This document shows positions 24,631 through 38,060 of a DNA stretch of 64,000 nt, piece after piece; the stretch's first letter is position 1, and each line of letters opens with the position of its first letter. Origin of the DNA: Paraspadella gotoi (taxonomy: Eukaryota > Animalia > Chaetognatha); contig CM119265.1 of NCBI GenBank assembly GCA_051294375.1, forward strand, positions 7,760,629-7,824,628, in the 5' to 3' direction. Made by a program: the position numbers and the translations under genes. The notes beneath the pieces are model-generated. The model was not told the DNA's origin and made no database searches. It was given only the letters and a program-made list of their open reading frames with translations.

Positions 24631-27600
24631 TCATCTGGAGGCGGAGGGTTCCAGGATAGACCTCGCGTGATCCATGCTCTCGGGGGAAATGATTTCTATG
24701 TATTCCTTCCCCGAGGGCGTCTTCCTCACGACCTTGACGGGTTCTCCGCAAGCGACCTCTATGAACCTCTCCGTCTTAGACTTGGTGCTCTTCCTGTTGA
24801 AGGCCTTTACTTGCGAGGGCAGCATCGAAGTCACGTTGACCGCGGCGGCCGCCTCCGACATGCACTGAGCCATGATGCGCTTTTTCTGCGAATTGGGGCT
24901 CACGTTGTCGATCCTCGCCGCCGCCGGGGGCATCGGGGAGACGCTTTTGTGGGGGGCGTAGCTCGCGGCTTTCGGCGGGGTGTAGCGCGAGCTCGGGCTC
25001 TCCCTGGGTTGCTGTTGCATGGCCGAGGGAGGTTTGGGTTCGTTGAAGAGAAGATCGTTGTGTCCCGCGGTTCTGAGGTGAATCAAAGGATCTCCCGTTG
25101 AGATAGTCGCGTATGAAGGCTGCTGAGGAGGCGGGCCTGGGGCCGACGGTACAGTGGGATTCTGAGATGATTGAAAGGCCGCATTTTGTGATGAAGACCC
25201 TACGGAATTTTGAGCTGCTCCTACGGGCGGATTTGGGGACGGCGTGGCCCCAGTCGACGAGCCCATCGATGGGGGAGAATCAGAAAGAAGAAACGCGAGA
25301 GGGTCATCTATGATGTTGAGCTTGATCGATGGCACCGGAGGCTCTTGATTGATGGCAATGGCGTTTGAAGATGGCATGGGGTTGCTATATGAGGCTGGAG
25401 GAATGTAAGGGGAAGCTGCGTACATATTTGCAGATGCGGTTTGCTGTTTTGTCTGCTGATCCTTTTGATAAAAAGACTGCTGTTGATTTATGGCAGTGAC
25501 ATTGTTAGTCATATGCGAGACTTTATCTTGAGTAAGGTTATCATTAGAAACTATCCCGCTTGAAGCAGAATTTTGGGAAATAACTGAAGCATTATTGGAA
25601 CTCTGCATTCCAGAATATTCAGCCGTCGTCTTAGATAAAACTTGACTATGTTCGCTCAGCTTTTCACTATTTTTGCTGCTGGTCGAAGAGCTTGATTCGC
25701 AACACTTGCCAGAGTGAGACCCAAACTCAACCTTATTTGAAAAAGTATTCACCTGCTGGCTCAAGATTTTCATTCGCTCCGTTTCCAACTTTGCCTCTTC
25801 CATCTGGTGAAGTTCCATTAGATGTTTTTCTTCTTCCTGTTGTCTCATCTTCAAGAGACGAAGTTGTTCCTCGTGCATCTTCTGCCGATATTCTTTTTCC
25901 TCTATCAGCTTTCTTTCCTTTTCTCTGCTCGCGTTTTCCTTTTCATGGTGTTTTTGCTGATATTGGCGCAAGGATTCCGCTCTCCTTTGATTCTCTTGTT
26001 GCTCCTGCGCTCTTCTCTGCTCCTCTTCGTACCTGACTTGCTCTTCTGCTAATCTTCTTTGTTCCAATTCTCGCCTTTCCTGTTCTTCTCTCAACCGTCT
26101 TTGTTCCAACTCTCGCCTTTCTTGTTCTTCTCTAATCCTTCTCTGTTCCTCTTCCTGCTTTTCTCGTTCTGCTTTGATTCTTCTCTGTTCTTCCTCACGT
26201 CTAATCCTTTCCTTCTGTTCCCTGATTTGATCCAATTTCTTCTGATTTTCTTCCAAAATTCTTCTCTTATCTACCTCCTTTCTTCTCTTCTCCTCCTCCC
26301 TCCTCTGATGTTGTTTTTGGGCCTCAATCCTGGCTTTTTCTTCTTCCTGTCTCTGCAGTTCTAACTGCATCTCCTTCTCCAGCCTCTCTCTTTCCTCTTG
26401 CTCCTTTTTCAGCCACAACAGCTTGGCTTGCTCCTCCTGAATTCTCAATTCCTCTTGCTGTTGTTGCATCTTGAACATAATTTCCTCCCTCTGCCTCATC
26501 ATCTCTTCCTCATCACGTTTTTTCCTCTCCTCTATGTCCATCTGAGCTTGAAGGCTTCTCCTTCTTTCCAAGTGCAGCCCCAATTCATCGACTGGCTTCT
26601 TCTCCTGTACCAAATTTCTTTGGGCATCTTTTTCCATCACGCTTTTCCTTTGTTGTTCCTCGAATTCCTGTTGTTTCTTTCTTTCTAACTCGATGAGTTT
26701 TTGTTGTTCCAAAACTTGCATTGAAGTCGCATTGAGAACTTCTTCACTTTTCGTGATGGTAGAGTTCAATTTTGATTGACCAAACTGGTTTTTCTGCTGT
26801 GAACCTCCCTTTGAAAAATTTAAAAGTTCTTCAGGATTTGAGCTGAACTTAGAATTATCCAGGGAATCATTAACCCTGAAACTAATTCCCGAGGTTACCG
26901 AACCCTTCTTTTTCTCAGTTGGTGAAGAGTTTGATGGCGCGGTTTGATAAACGCCCTTCATGTTGCTGTTGAATTGAGCAAAATCGCTTTTGATGATCAT
27001 ATTTTCTTTTTTCAATGACTCGTTTAATTTAGCAGAAGTTGCCTTGACATTATCGATTTGCTTTTCTTTGATAACGAATTCCTCCCTGTCACTTTCATCG
27101 CCCATATGAGAAGACCCGTAAGAATCATCTTTAGCCAGTAAAGATGCAAGATTACCCTCGGATTGCACCTTTAACTGGGTATTCGATAAATCAGTATTGC
27201 AGCCATCGAGTTTAATTCCGTTAAAAGGCAGAACCTTAGAACCTTTGGTTTGATTCGAGCTCGTTTGCGAAAACTGATTCAAGCTCGAAGATTTGTGCAT
27301 AGTTTGGACTTGCGAACTTTTCTCAAAGAAAGACCTTGCCTCTTTGACAGAAACGTCGGACTTTTTAGAGCTTCTCTGACTCACAAAATTTTGCGTTGAT
27401 TGACAAGTGTTATTACCAAACGATTGATCCGCCTGCTGAAAACTCTGGGCTTGTACCGCGCGACACTCTTCCGTCTTTCTGGTTTCGCCGGTCTGAGCGT
27501 CTTCGATCAAATCAAGATAGCGGGAATAGTCGGCCTTTTGCGACGCGGAACCATCGGCGCTCAGTGAACTCGTGCTGTAGGACTCTCTCTGCTGGGTCCC

Positions 27601-28630
27601 AGTTGGGAAATCAATCGACTTTGTTGATACAGGCGAAACCGGTTTTGGAACTTTCACCGGTGAATGATGAGTCTGACGACTCGGCTCCAATGGCTGAAAA
27701 GATCCCCCGAAGGTTCCTTGAGATGAGTTCGCCTCACATGAATTCCCGATGGTAGACATTGACTTGGCTTTAATTCCGAGTGGTTTAAACGAGCCCTCGT
27801 CTTGCAGGCCTTGGACCTTCTGACCAAAGGACTTTTGGGTCTGGTTAAATGTCGCAGAGTAGTTAGCAGATTGACTCGAATTTGAAGCCTGATACATGGC
27901 CTGTTGTGTGCCCATATTCTGACCCTGATGCACCGCCTGATTCAAAGTTGTGTTCTGCACCTGATAAGAGACTTGACTGGAAGTGCTGCTTTGGTATGAT
28001 GCCTGAGAAAACATACTGGTCGCCTGGCCATTAGCCACCATTTGCGAAGGAGAGCCTGACCTGGATGTGATCCTCGACCCTGGCTGAGACATTGCCTTGG
28101 ACAATGCATGATTCAGCGTCGAGGTGGCCATCGGCACCTGATTTGTTGAGCCTCCTGCCACGCCGCTCGATCCAAATCCTGAAGAAGATGTCAAGATGCT
28201 TGAAGGATCCTCCAATTCAACGTTGCGTGGGAGACTGGAACCGTTCGATGCTCCCATGGTTGGACCAAGCCCATAGCTCATCTGACCAGAAGAGCCTTCC
28301 ATTGATGGATTGACGACTTGACCAGACTTCCACCCGCCAACTGTAAAATTGGAAAAAGAGAAGTGACTTTTAAATCTATAAAATATTATTTATTTATTAG
28401 ATAGAAGAGTAAATAAGAATAATTGAAAATATGTAAAATGTACTATTTGTAAATTTGTTCTGACCCTTCTTACCAGTTGCGTATTGGGCTGACCCTTCCG
28501 TCTGGAACTTGAGAGCGCCGCCCTCGGAACTGGCCCTCGCCCTCACGGCGCCCCTCGGCTGACTCGGCGCCGAAGCCGCTGCCGACGCGGCTGCTGACGC
28601 CGCGTGGTACGGCTGGTGGTATTCTCTCAT
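24631..28630 (-). CDS. Large (~1290 aa) low-complexity protein with Ser/Gln-rich N-terminus, central E/R/K/Q coiled-coil and Pro-rich C-terminal region (exons 28630-28474 and 28340-24631)
   Basis: A 1223-aa uninterrupted ORF is joined to an upstream exon MREYHQ...YAT by a phase-1 intron (G|gtaaga ... ttacag|TT). It contains repeated EQRRxREEQERRELEQRR units. No catalytic domain was recognised. Confidence 0.85.
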
Positions 28631-28705
28631 TTTTTCAGGCTTTGAACGAGAGAATCTGAAAAAATGGAAAAATGATAATAATCTATAAATCACTTTTTTA
28701 CAATA

Positions 28706-28826
<121 letters not shown>

Positions 28827-28840
28827 TAATCTAATCTCAC

Positions 28841-28936
28841 CATAAACGTCGCCCGCGGAGAACCAATCACGAAATTCCCTCAGATGGAATTGACGGAATC
28901 TCGCTTCTCTTCCAGGAAGCTCGTCGGCTTAAAAAT
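28841..28936 (-). other. Probable non-coding (5'UTR) exon of the 24631-28630 gene
   Basis: It is flanked by a strong acceptor (ttcttttctttttatag|) and a donor (ATG|gtgaga). The next acceptor (tttcag| at ~28656) lies just upstream of the MREYHQ start. Confidence 0.45.
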
Positions 28937-29030
28937 CTATAAAAAGAAAAGAACAAGTAACGACGTCTATTAAAATAAAACATACAAGAAAGAAAAAAAC
29001 AAACAAACGAACTAAAGAATTGTCATAAAG

Positions 29031-30441
29031 TCACGGCTCAATCAACAACATCTGATCGCAAATTCCCGCTTCAACGCCGCCGTCTGGAAAGATCAAACTC
29101 CCTACGACGCTGGTCGAATCGTAGCACGTCAACTGTTTGTTGCTGCGCAGTAATTCCTCAACGTCCCAGTACAGCAGATTCTTCGATTTGCCTTGCAACG
29201 CGATCGCTTCGAACTCCAAGGCGCTCTCGATGATGGCGTCGACGTCGGCGTCGCTTGGACCGGCGCCGGACTCGGTGATATAAAGAGAGGCGGCGCGCAT
29301 TCCTGAGACGGCGTTCATGGCAACGGCGTTGAGAGCGTCTTCGCCGACGTCGATGCCGAGATCTTGCGGCTTCTCGGCGTCGAGATAAATCGGCGCCGCC
29401 ACGTCGATGTACTCCAGCATTTGTGTCTTCGACGCCTCGAACTCGAGATCCCACGTCGCCTTCCCCTCCGCCTCCAAGCGGCGCGTAAACGGGCGCCGCA
29501 GCAAAACCACGCAGCCCAGCAGCAGCGCCCAGTGCGCCTTACTGCCGCAGCGCGACGCCGGCCCAAAGTTGAAGTCTTTGTCGTATGGAACAAGAGCGAC
29601 GCCGCCGCGAATGAGGTGGCGCTTTAACGACGCCGCATCGATGGAACGAACGACGGAGACTGTGGGGGTGGCGCCGTCAGCCATGCCATCGGCTAAGAAT
29701 TCCTCGACGAGCGTCTTCATGCAGCGACAAGAGAACATCTCTCCCTGGGAGGAAAAGCCAAGATCTTTGGCTCGAGAGAGAATATCGTCCACGGAGGGTG
29801 GGGAGGTTTGGAGCATCTTGGCGAGCATCTGGAGGGCCACCATGCCGCATGTGGGGCCGACCTGGAAAGAGGAAGGGGTTGAAGAAATATCATAGTTTAG
29901 GAGAAAAAAAAGTTTTATCTTTCTCCCCATCGTCTTCAACTACAAAGGTTCCTCGGCGCGAGGCATTTCATCAATTTATTTAAAAAGGCATTTATTTAAA
30001 AAGCAACCGACTCTCAACACAATTATAATTATTGTTGTCGACTAATATTTGGCGTTCTTTTCCATTAACCGCTTAATTAATCAACAACTCATTTTTCGGT
30101 ACGTCAAGACTCGTTTTTTTAAAATATTACTAATTTCGACATTCAAAGCTTCAAACAGATATAAAGAGGACCATTACTCCTTGTCCCACCCTCCTCTTCG
30201 CTCACCCCTTCCCCCTCCATAATTCAGGAGACCCATATTCTTCGTCACCCCGCGCGTAAATCACCGATCAGTAAATCCGTAAATCTGTAAATATTCTCAC
30301 CGCTCAACCCTCACCGCTCAACCCTCACCGACCGCCTCGACGATTCACCATTCGAGCGAATTCACCACCATCATCCAAGTTCGTAATTAAATCCCCCCCG
30401 GCTCCATTTATTACTCACCCGCTCAACCTTCCACCCTCTCA

Positions 30442-30487
<46 letters not shown>

Positions 30488-30508
30488 CTCTCTCTCTTCC
30501 CTCTTCTC

Positions 30509-30545
<37 letters not shown>

Positions 30546-30755
30546 GGCTCACTCTCTCTCGCCCGGACGAACCGATTGAACTCGAACGAGCTGAACCCCC
30601 CCCTTCCCTTCGCCTCTTTCCGCCCAATATTCACTTTTCTGACTTCGCGATCCAACACCACAACTCTCCACCGATCCAAAGATTATGGCGATCTCCCCAG
30701 TTTTTTAGATTTTTTTGTTTGTTTTCATCGCTCATTATGTCTGTCTCTCTCTCTT

Positions 30756-30854
<99 letters not shown>

Positions 30855-32000
30855 GCATCCGATGTCAGTGTCGTTTTTGATGCAGACAATTGATATATTC
30901 GTCAGTCTGCAGTTTTGCGATGTCTGCATTGCCATTGGATGGTGGATTTTTGTTGAACACCTGCTTTTCGCAACGATCGAGTTTAATTTATTTTTTTTTT
31001 CAGAAACACAAAACCATATCATATAAAACATTTTTTTGAAAATGTTTTAGCTTAATGAATGAGGGATCTGAAAACTTAGAATTGATATCTAATATCATAT
31101 TCTTTTTTTAAAAATTATGACCGTTCAAACCACCTCTCTCATAAATTTAGCCTCCGATGTCTTCAGCTCAAAGGTTTCAATTCAAACATTAACTCAATCC
31201 TTTTCTCGATCCATAATTCAAACTCAGATCAACCTTAACTCAAACCTTCGACTCATTTCAACAACAATCCTTTTCTACGAGACTTGGCCTCATTTCGCTG
31301 GCCTCAACCTCAGAGACATGGCCTCAATTCGCGGGCCGGGCCTCGCGAGATCTTGCGACCATATCTCTTTTAGTTCGTTGTCAAATTCGACAGCGTTCGT
31401 TCATTGATTGTCCGTACTTTTAAGTATTATATAAAGTATTAATTGTAGTTCATTAAGTGGATAATTAGTTAAATACGTCCAAATACGTTTATATGAAACT
31501 AACATTGAAATCGATTGAGTTTTTGACAACATTGAAAATCGATTGAATTTTCTAAAAATTGAAATTAATTTATTGATATTTTTAAAACAATCTTTTTCCC
31601 ATTTTTTCCAGACGAAAGCCCAAGCTGATTGTTCACATCCCAATTTTCTAATTTTCCCCCTTACAGTAACCCTTTTTTTCCATTTTACCACCTCCCCAAT
31701 CCACCTGCAGCAGCGGCGCCGTCCGCCGCCACCGGCACCACAGATCCGCGTCTCTCCTGCGCCACCGACTCCTCTCGCCCAAATCTTCCGCGTGGCGTCG
31801 CAGCTGGACCCGTTGACACACTTCCGGTCTGGGCGGCGGTTTGGTGGAGCGTGGAGGAGCGTCGGTAGGGGGCGTTGGAGGGGCGGAGATGGCGGGAGAA
31901 GGCGGGACAGGGAGGGAAGGCGGCGGAGGAGGAGGAATGGCGGCGAGGGTTGACGGCAGCTGCAGCGGAGGCAGCGGCGGCAGAATTGACAGCGGCGGCA

Positions 32001-32031
<31 letters not shown>

Positions 32032-32517
32032 GACCGTTTTTGCATTCTGCAGGGGCGACGTGACATTTTCAGATACGTTGAAGTTCGTCTGGGGAAGAGA
32101 CGAAGACGCGTCAGTCCGATCGGCGGTTTTTGGTCGTCATGACGACGGTGATGACGAGTCGATTTTGGAACCGGAAGTCGATGACGCCATCTCTGGGAGA
32201 GCAGCGCCTCAGAGATGGTTACGGCCAAATAACCACCTCTATTCATGCGGTCTCTCTCTCTCTCTCTCTCTCTCTCACTCACTCTCTCTCTCTCTCTCTC
32301 TATTTCTCTCTCTTTCACCTCCTTCCCGAATCTCGCAAAGCTCGTCGACGATCTCCCCGACGACGCGACAGGCCTCACCCACGTTCCTGTGAATCGTCGT
32401 CAGGCGCCTGTCAGCGTCAGGCGCCGATCTCGGTCTTCCCAAATATCCGGCAGGCGGCGGAGGCGCCGGTGGAAACGGCGTTGAAACGGGCGTCGACGAG
32501 GAAGACTTTCGCGTCAT
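29031..32517 (-). CDS. ACTMAP: Actin maturation protease (UPF0692/C19orf54 family, papain-like); exons ~32517-32379 (tentative), ~32194-31705, 29861-29031
   Basis: Splicing CAG|gtggat(31704) ... ttccag|GTC(29861) gives PLLQ|VGPTCGMVAL, which carries the catalytic Cys. Other family motifs are GEMFS, LVPYDKDFNFGP, KAHWALLLG (catalytic His), QGKSK and LLRSNKQL. The poly-proline N-terminal exon resembles that of vertebrate ACTMAP. The 5' end contains one in-frame TGA or frameshift at ~32137. Confidence 0.85.
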
Positions 32518-33657
32518 GGAATCAAAGATGGCGTCGAGAGATTTGTAAGGAAGCGGGGTCGATTGTGTTGTGGGCGTTAATCCATGATACACGGTTGACC
32601 TTCCAAAAAAATGTTCAGTTATGTTTTGCGCGATGTTTATGTTTTTGTTGAGATGAATTCAGGCAGTATTAAAAACTTTTACGTAATTTTTTAATAAGAA
32701 TCAAATTATTCCTTATTCGATTAAGAAGTTGCATTAACAAATTAAGAGAATCGATTGCATCAGACATATCATTGGAGAAAAGTTTCGCATCGCGTCGAAT
32801 CTAGAAACGGGATTTTTAGAGAAAAACGAATTTGTTGTTTTTTAATAACGAAACTTTCTTGTTTGTTTTCGTTTCAAAGTTCGTTTCTCGAATTAAAAAC
32901 TAAAAAAAAAATTCGAAGGAATTAAATTTTATTCCGAAATTATTTTCAGACCCTTAGCTCCGGCATTAAAAATTTAAAAAAAGATCGTAACGTGAGATTT
33001 GATTCGAAATGATATAAATCGAGTTTAATTTATAAACTTATATACAACTAGGACAACTTGCAAATTTATGCCCATGGATACCCACGGCAATAAATCAAAA
33101 TATTTTGAAAGATTGATGTTTTTTCTGTATTTTTTTCCAAGGAAAATAATGAATTGTGATCATTGCCTGGTCCAAGGCTAAAAATAAAAACGAAAGAAAA
33201 AACAAGGAGATTTTCATGAAGTTGAATCCAACTGACTTGACCTTCAGTGAGAAACGAACGCTTTGATGAAAGAGATGATGATGACGATGATGATGATGAC
33301 GATGATGATGATGACGATGATGATGATGACCGCGATGATCATCCTCAGAAAAGGTTGCTATGAGCAATTCGCTCTCGCTCTTTGAGNNNNNNNNNNCTCG
33401 AAAACTCGAAAATTCGCGTAATCGTTTAACACAACACAGGCAAAGGGTAGATTTTATTGCAACCCGACGACCGTGAGATGGAAATTTAAAAACGAACAAA
33501 CCCAAACCTGAGGTAACCCTAACTCGAAAACCAGGAACCCTGGAACCCGTATATTTCTATTTTTAGCTCATAACCGATTCTCATTAAAGCAAAACATATG
33601 AAATTGCCTGCGTAAAAACTAAAATCTTCTGCTTCAACGGGGAACGTTCATTGATAA

Positions 33658-33749
<92 letters not shown>

Positions 33750-33838
33750 CTTCTGCATGTGATTACCTCCACAAAGCCGGCGAAGGGCGAGGCTTCATAG
33801 ACAGACGACGATCGCATCCGAAACCCGGGGATCGAAGG

Positions 33839-33912
33839 AGAGTCGAGTGAGAAAGTCGAGTGAGAGAGTCGAGAGAGAAAGTCGAGAGAGAAAGTCGAGT
33901 GAGAGAGTCGAG
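33839..33912. repeat. 12-bp tandem repeat (AGTCGAGWGAGA-like), ~6 copies
   Basis: gagtcgagtgagaaagtcgagtgagagagtcgagagagaaagtcgagagagaaagtcgagtgagagagtcga. Confidence 0.8.
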
Positions 33913-36371
33913 ATGAGACGGTCTTCTCTTCTAGAGATCGAGCGAAACCAAGAATCCATCGAGTTTCACCCAAATTTTGATTCATTCTCGTCCTCCACAA
34001 TAACCATCACTGACTTAATCAGCCTCATCATCGTCATCATCGTCTGATTTCTTCCTTTCGATCTTTTTGTCATAGACAACAATGACATGATCATAATATG
34101 TGAGAGCTATCAATTACCAAAGGTCGAAATGAAAATAAAAACGAGTTTAGTAAAAATAGATAGTTTCAGCTGCTAAATTGTATAATAATTTCATACTAAT
34201 TCTAAATATTTTTTTTTCTTATTCTCATCTTTTACGACTTTCTTTTTTCGGATCCTCAGGTAAGTAAAACCCAACCGCTTCGTCCCCATTCGAAATTATG
34301 TCGTCAAAAGTTATCGTCCTATTTTTNNNNNNNNNNNNNNNNNNNNNNNNNNNNNNNNNNNNNNNNNNNNNNNNNNNNNNNNNNNNNNNNNNNNNNNNNN
34401 NNNNNNNNNNNNNNNNNNNNNNNNNNNNNNNNNNNNNNNNNNNNNNNNNNNNNNNNNNNNNNNNNNNNNNNNNNNNNNNNNNNNNNNNNNNNNNNNNNNN
34501 NNNNNNNNNNNNNNNNNNNNNNNNNNNNNNNNNNNNNNNNNNNNNCGCCGCCGCTGCCGCCGCCGCCGACGTCTCCGTTTCTTCTCCCATGAGGCGACAG
34601 GCGTTTTCATTTTGAACGAGAAAAAAAAAAAGATGTCGCTTGTCGATTCTGCCGGATTGTTGATTGAGGGAACTGCGAAAGGAAAAATGCAATGACTGTG
34701 TGAAAGTGGGGGAACAATATGATAGAGTATGACGGAAGAAGTATGACGAATAAAATATGAAGTGCATATGATTATATAGTAAGAAGTATGAAGCAATGAT
34801 GAAGGGAAGTGCTTAAAGCAAAGGCGGGAAGTTTTAAACTTATTCGTCCGAACCGCGGGACGCTCCGGATAACCTACGGGGTTCCGCGTTCGAATATCCT
34901 AAGGAATACGTTTTTGCTCAACGGAGAACTTACGAACATCGAGAAAAAAAATTGAGGATTTTTCTTCAAGCTTCTGATTTAATCTTCCACCGGTGATTTT
35001 AAAAAAAAGATTATTATTATTATTATCATAAGTTATTTTTTTATTANNNNNNNNNNNNNNNNNNNNNNNNNNNNNNNNNNNNNNNNNNNNNNNNNNNNNN
35101 NNNNNNNNNNNNNNNNNNNNNNNNNNNNNNNNNNNNNNNNNNNNNNNNNNNNNNNNNNNNNNNNNNNNNNNNNNNNNNNNNNNNNNNNNNNNNNNNNNNN
35201 NNNNNNNNNNNNNNNNNNNNNNNNNNNNNNNNNNNNNNNNNNNNNNNNNNNNNNNNNNNNNNNNNNNNNNNNNNNNNNNNNNNNNNNNNNNNNNNNNNNN
35301 NNNNNNNNNNNNNNNNNNNNNNNNNNNNNNNNNNNNNNNNNNNNNNNNNNNNNNNNNNNNNNNNNNNNNNNNNNNNNNNNNNNNNNNNNNNNNNNNNNNN
35401 NNNNNNNNNNNNNNNNNNNNNNNNNNNNNNNNNNNNNNNNNNNNNNNNNNNNNNNNNNNNNNNNNNNNNNNNNNNNNNNNNNNNNNNNNNNNNNNNNNNN
35501 NNNNNNNNNNNNNNNNNNNNNNNNNNNNNNNNNNNNNNNNNNNNNNNNNNNNNNNNNNNNNNNNNNNNNNNNNNNNNNNNNNNNNNNNNNNNNNNNNNNN
35601 NNNNNNNNNNNNNNNNNNNNNNNNNNNNNNNNNNNNNNNNNNNNNNNNNNNNNNNNNNNNNNNNNNNNNNNNNNNNNNNNNNNNNNNNNNNNNNNNNNNN
35701 NNNNNNNNNNNNNNNNNNNNNNNNNNNNNNNNNNNNNNNNNNNNNNNNNNNNNNNNNNNNNNNNNNNNNNNNNNNNNNNNNNNNNNNNNNNNNNNNNNNN
35801 NNNNNNNNNNNNNNNNNNNNNNNNNNNNNNNNNNNNNNNNNNNNNNNNNNNNNNNNNNNNNNNNNNNNNNNNNNNNNNNNNNNNNNNNNNNNNNNNNNNN
35901 NNNNNNNNNNNNGCAGATTTACAAAGAGACGATTTGAGATAAGAGGAGACGCTCAGAATGCAATCGCATATCCGTTGAAGCGAGTAAAGAAGAACTCTAG
36001 AGATTCTACGTGGGGGAAAAAAATGTGGAAGAAAGCAAAAAAGAAGGAAAAGAGTCACCGCTCCCTTATCAATGATTCTGCTCTTGGCAGTGGTCGAGAT
36101 AAAAACGTTCAAACGTGAAAGACCAGAATCTTGACGGACGAAGGAGAGAGACGACGATCAACAACAACGACATCAAAGTCACGGCGTGAAGCGCGTTCAT
36201 CGAGCAACCGATATCCCGCGATGTCGCGATGGAATTCGGAGAGAGGCCCTCTTCTCTCACACGAAAGCCTCGGCCAGGCCCGGGTTGAATGGCCCTTTCC
36301 AGTGTCCACCTTGGTTGAAAAAGACCTTCTTCGGTTATTCGCAGAAGTCGACGAGAAGACCCGAAAGGGGC

Positions 36372-36560
36372 GAGCCAACATTGGCCTCGCCGCCTTTTCC
36401 CAACATTGGCGACGCCAACATTGGCCTCGGCCGCGCTTCCCCAACATTGGCGACCCGAACATTTGGCCTCGCCGCTTTCCCAAACGATTTGGCGATCCCA
36501 AGCATTGGCCTCGCCGCTTTCCCAACATTGGCACCAAACGATGGCCTCGCCGCTTTCCCG
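36372..36560. repeat. Minisatellite of ~5 copies of a ~37-40-bp unit (consensus approximately CCAACATTGGCCTCGCCGCTTTCCCAACATTGGCGAC)
   Basis: The tandem units are directly visible. Each has two CCAACATTGG elements, with indel noise between copies. Confidence 0.85.
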
Positions 36561-37079
36561 CTCATTGACGAAAGCGACTGGCGTTTCGTAACTCGTTTCC
36601 TTTTCTTTTTTTTTTTTAAAATTTCTCCCCAAACGTTATCGCTTTGCCCCGTTTTTCTCCGGCTATCTTTGAACTTGCATCTTTCACCTTTCCTGTCTAC
36701 AGATCTAAAGGACAAATATTTGACTTTCTCGTGGGACCGAGTTCTATCTGGGAATTCGTTTGTCATCTGGGACGCAAGGAGTGTGCAAGGCGCTGGGAGT
36801 CAGGCGACGAGACGATAGGTCGGTTAAGCCGGTTGGGTCATTGGTCAGAAGTTAATTTATCATGAATTTAAGTTCTTAAACGAAGGAAGATGAAGTACAA
36901 CAATTAAAAATTGATTACTAGGAAAAAAAAAAACAAAAAAACTTGAGATCATTAATGCCTTAAAAATAAGAAAAAAATTTTCCCCTTCATTTCACCAAAT
37001 TTCTGTCACACACCGCGGTGAGCAAGATGAGAGAGAGAGAGAGATGAGAGAAGAGACGAGAGGAGAGAGATGGAGAGCC

Positions 37080-37125
<46 letters not shown>

Positions 37126-37779
37126 GAGGATGAGAGAACGACGAGAGATGAGTGGATGAGAGAGCAGAGAGGAGGACCGAACCGGAAGGTTCTTCGTCTC
37201 AGATTACATTCGGCGTATTTCGTTTCGCGCGAGTGCGATCTTGAGACCGTGAGATTCCGCGCGCGGTGCAGTCGTCGTTGTTCGTCGCTTCGTCGGTCTT
37301 CTTCGTCGTCGTCAGGTTGTCGTCGCTTCGTCTTTCGTTTGTCGTCCGTCGTTCGTCGTCGTTCCGCCGTCTTCCTGTTCGTCCGTAGAGAAGAAAACGT
37401 TGTCGCGGAAGGAAATTTCGCCGTCGATCGATTTTTATTCTTTATTTCTCGGAGGAAAATTATTTTCGAATGAATGGCATAGGATGAGGGCGGACGGTTC
37501 GTTTATGATAGCAATGTCTGATGAATGACAGGATGTGTGACAGAAGCTGATGCAGATGAAAAAAATACTTGTGGAGTTCTGGAGTTCTTAATACTTATGG
37601 GTCGTTTTTAATGATTTCAATTTTCGATAGTGCATGTAGTTTAAGTCTTAAAGAACAACAGTAATACTAACTAGTAACTACGGTTTGACTGTCTGTGGCG
37701 CTTTTTTTTTTTCAAATGTATTATTGACTTTTATACTTTTAAATTTTGATTAAAGTATGTTATTTCTAAAAGAATTCTT

Positions 37780-38060
37780 GAAACCAAACGGGAACCATTT
37801 TCGACAAAAAGAGCCAATCTCTCTCTCCTTATTTTCCCATAACGCCCCATGTCGTCTTAAATTTGAAATAAACCTAGTTTTTTTTTAATTTGAAGATTAA
37901 GTTAAAGATTATAGTTAACGATTATGGTAAGGATACTGGTTAGGAATTATAGTTTCTGGATTAATATTAGAGATTTGACTAAGGTTAAATATTAAGGGTA
38001 AAATTAAATTCGGGGATTAAGAAACAGAAAGTGGCCCCAAAGGGGGCGCCATATAAAAGG
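37780..38060. mobile_element. Second, diverged copy of the same MITE-like element in reverse orientation
   Basis: The reverse complement of cttattttcccataacgccccat resembles atggggcgcttttggaaaataag (18749). The reverse complement of taaattcggggattaag resembles cttaatccctgaactta (18492). The interior is rich in GTTAAG/GTTAGG. Confidence 0.45.

Noticed and set aside
34225-34590. Possible minus-strand gene MGEETETSAAAA[gap]KNRTITFDDIISNGDEAVGFYLPEDPKKESRKR
   Set aside because: It is interrupted by a gap and has no recognisable domain, so it cannot be supported.
36372-36560. CRISPR-like appearance of the palindromic repeat array
   Set aside because: There are no unique spacers or cas genes, and the context is eukaryotic and intron-containing.
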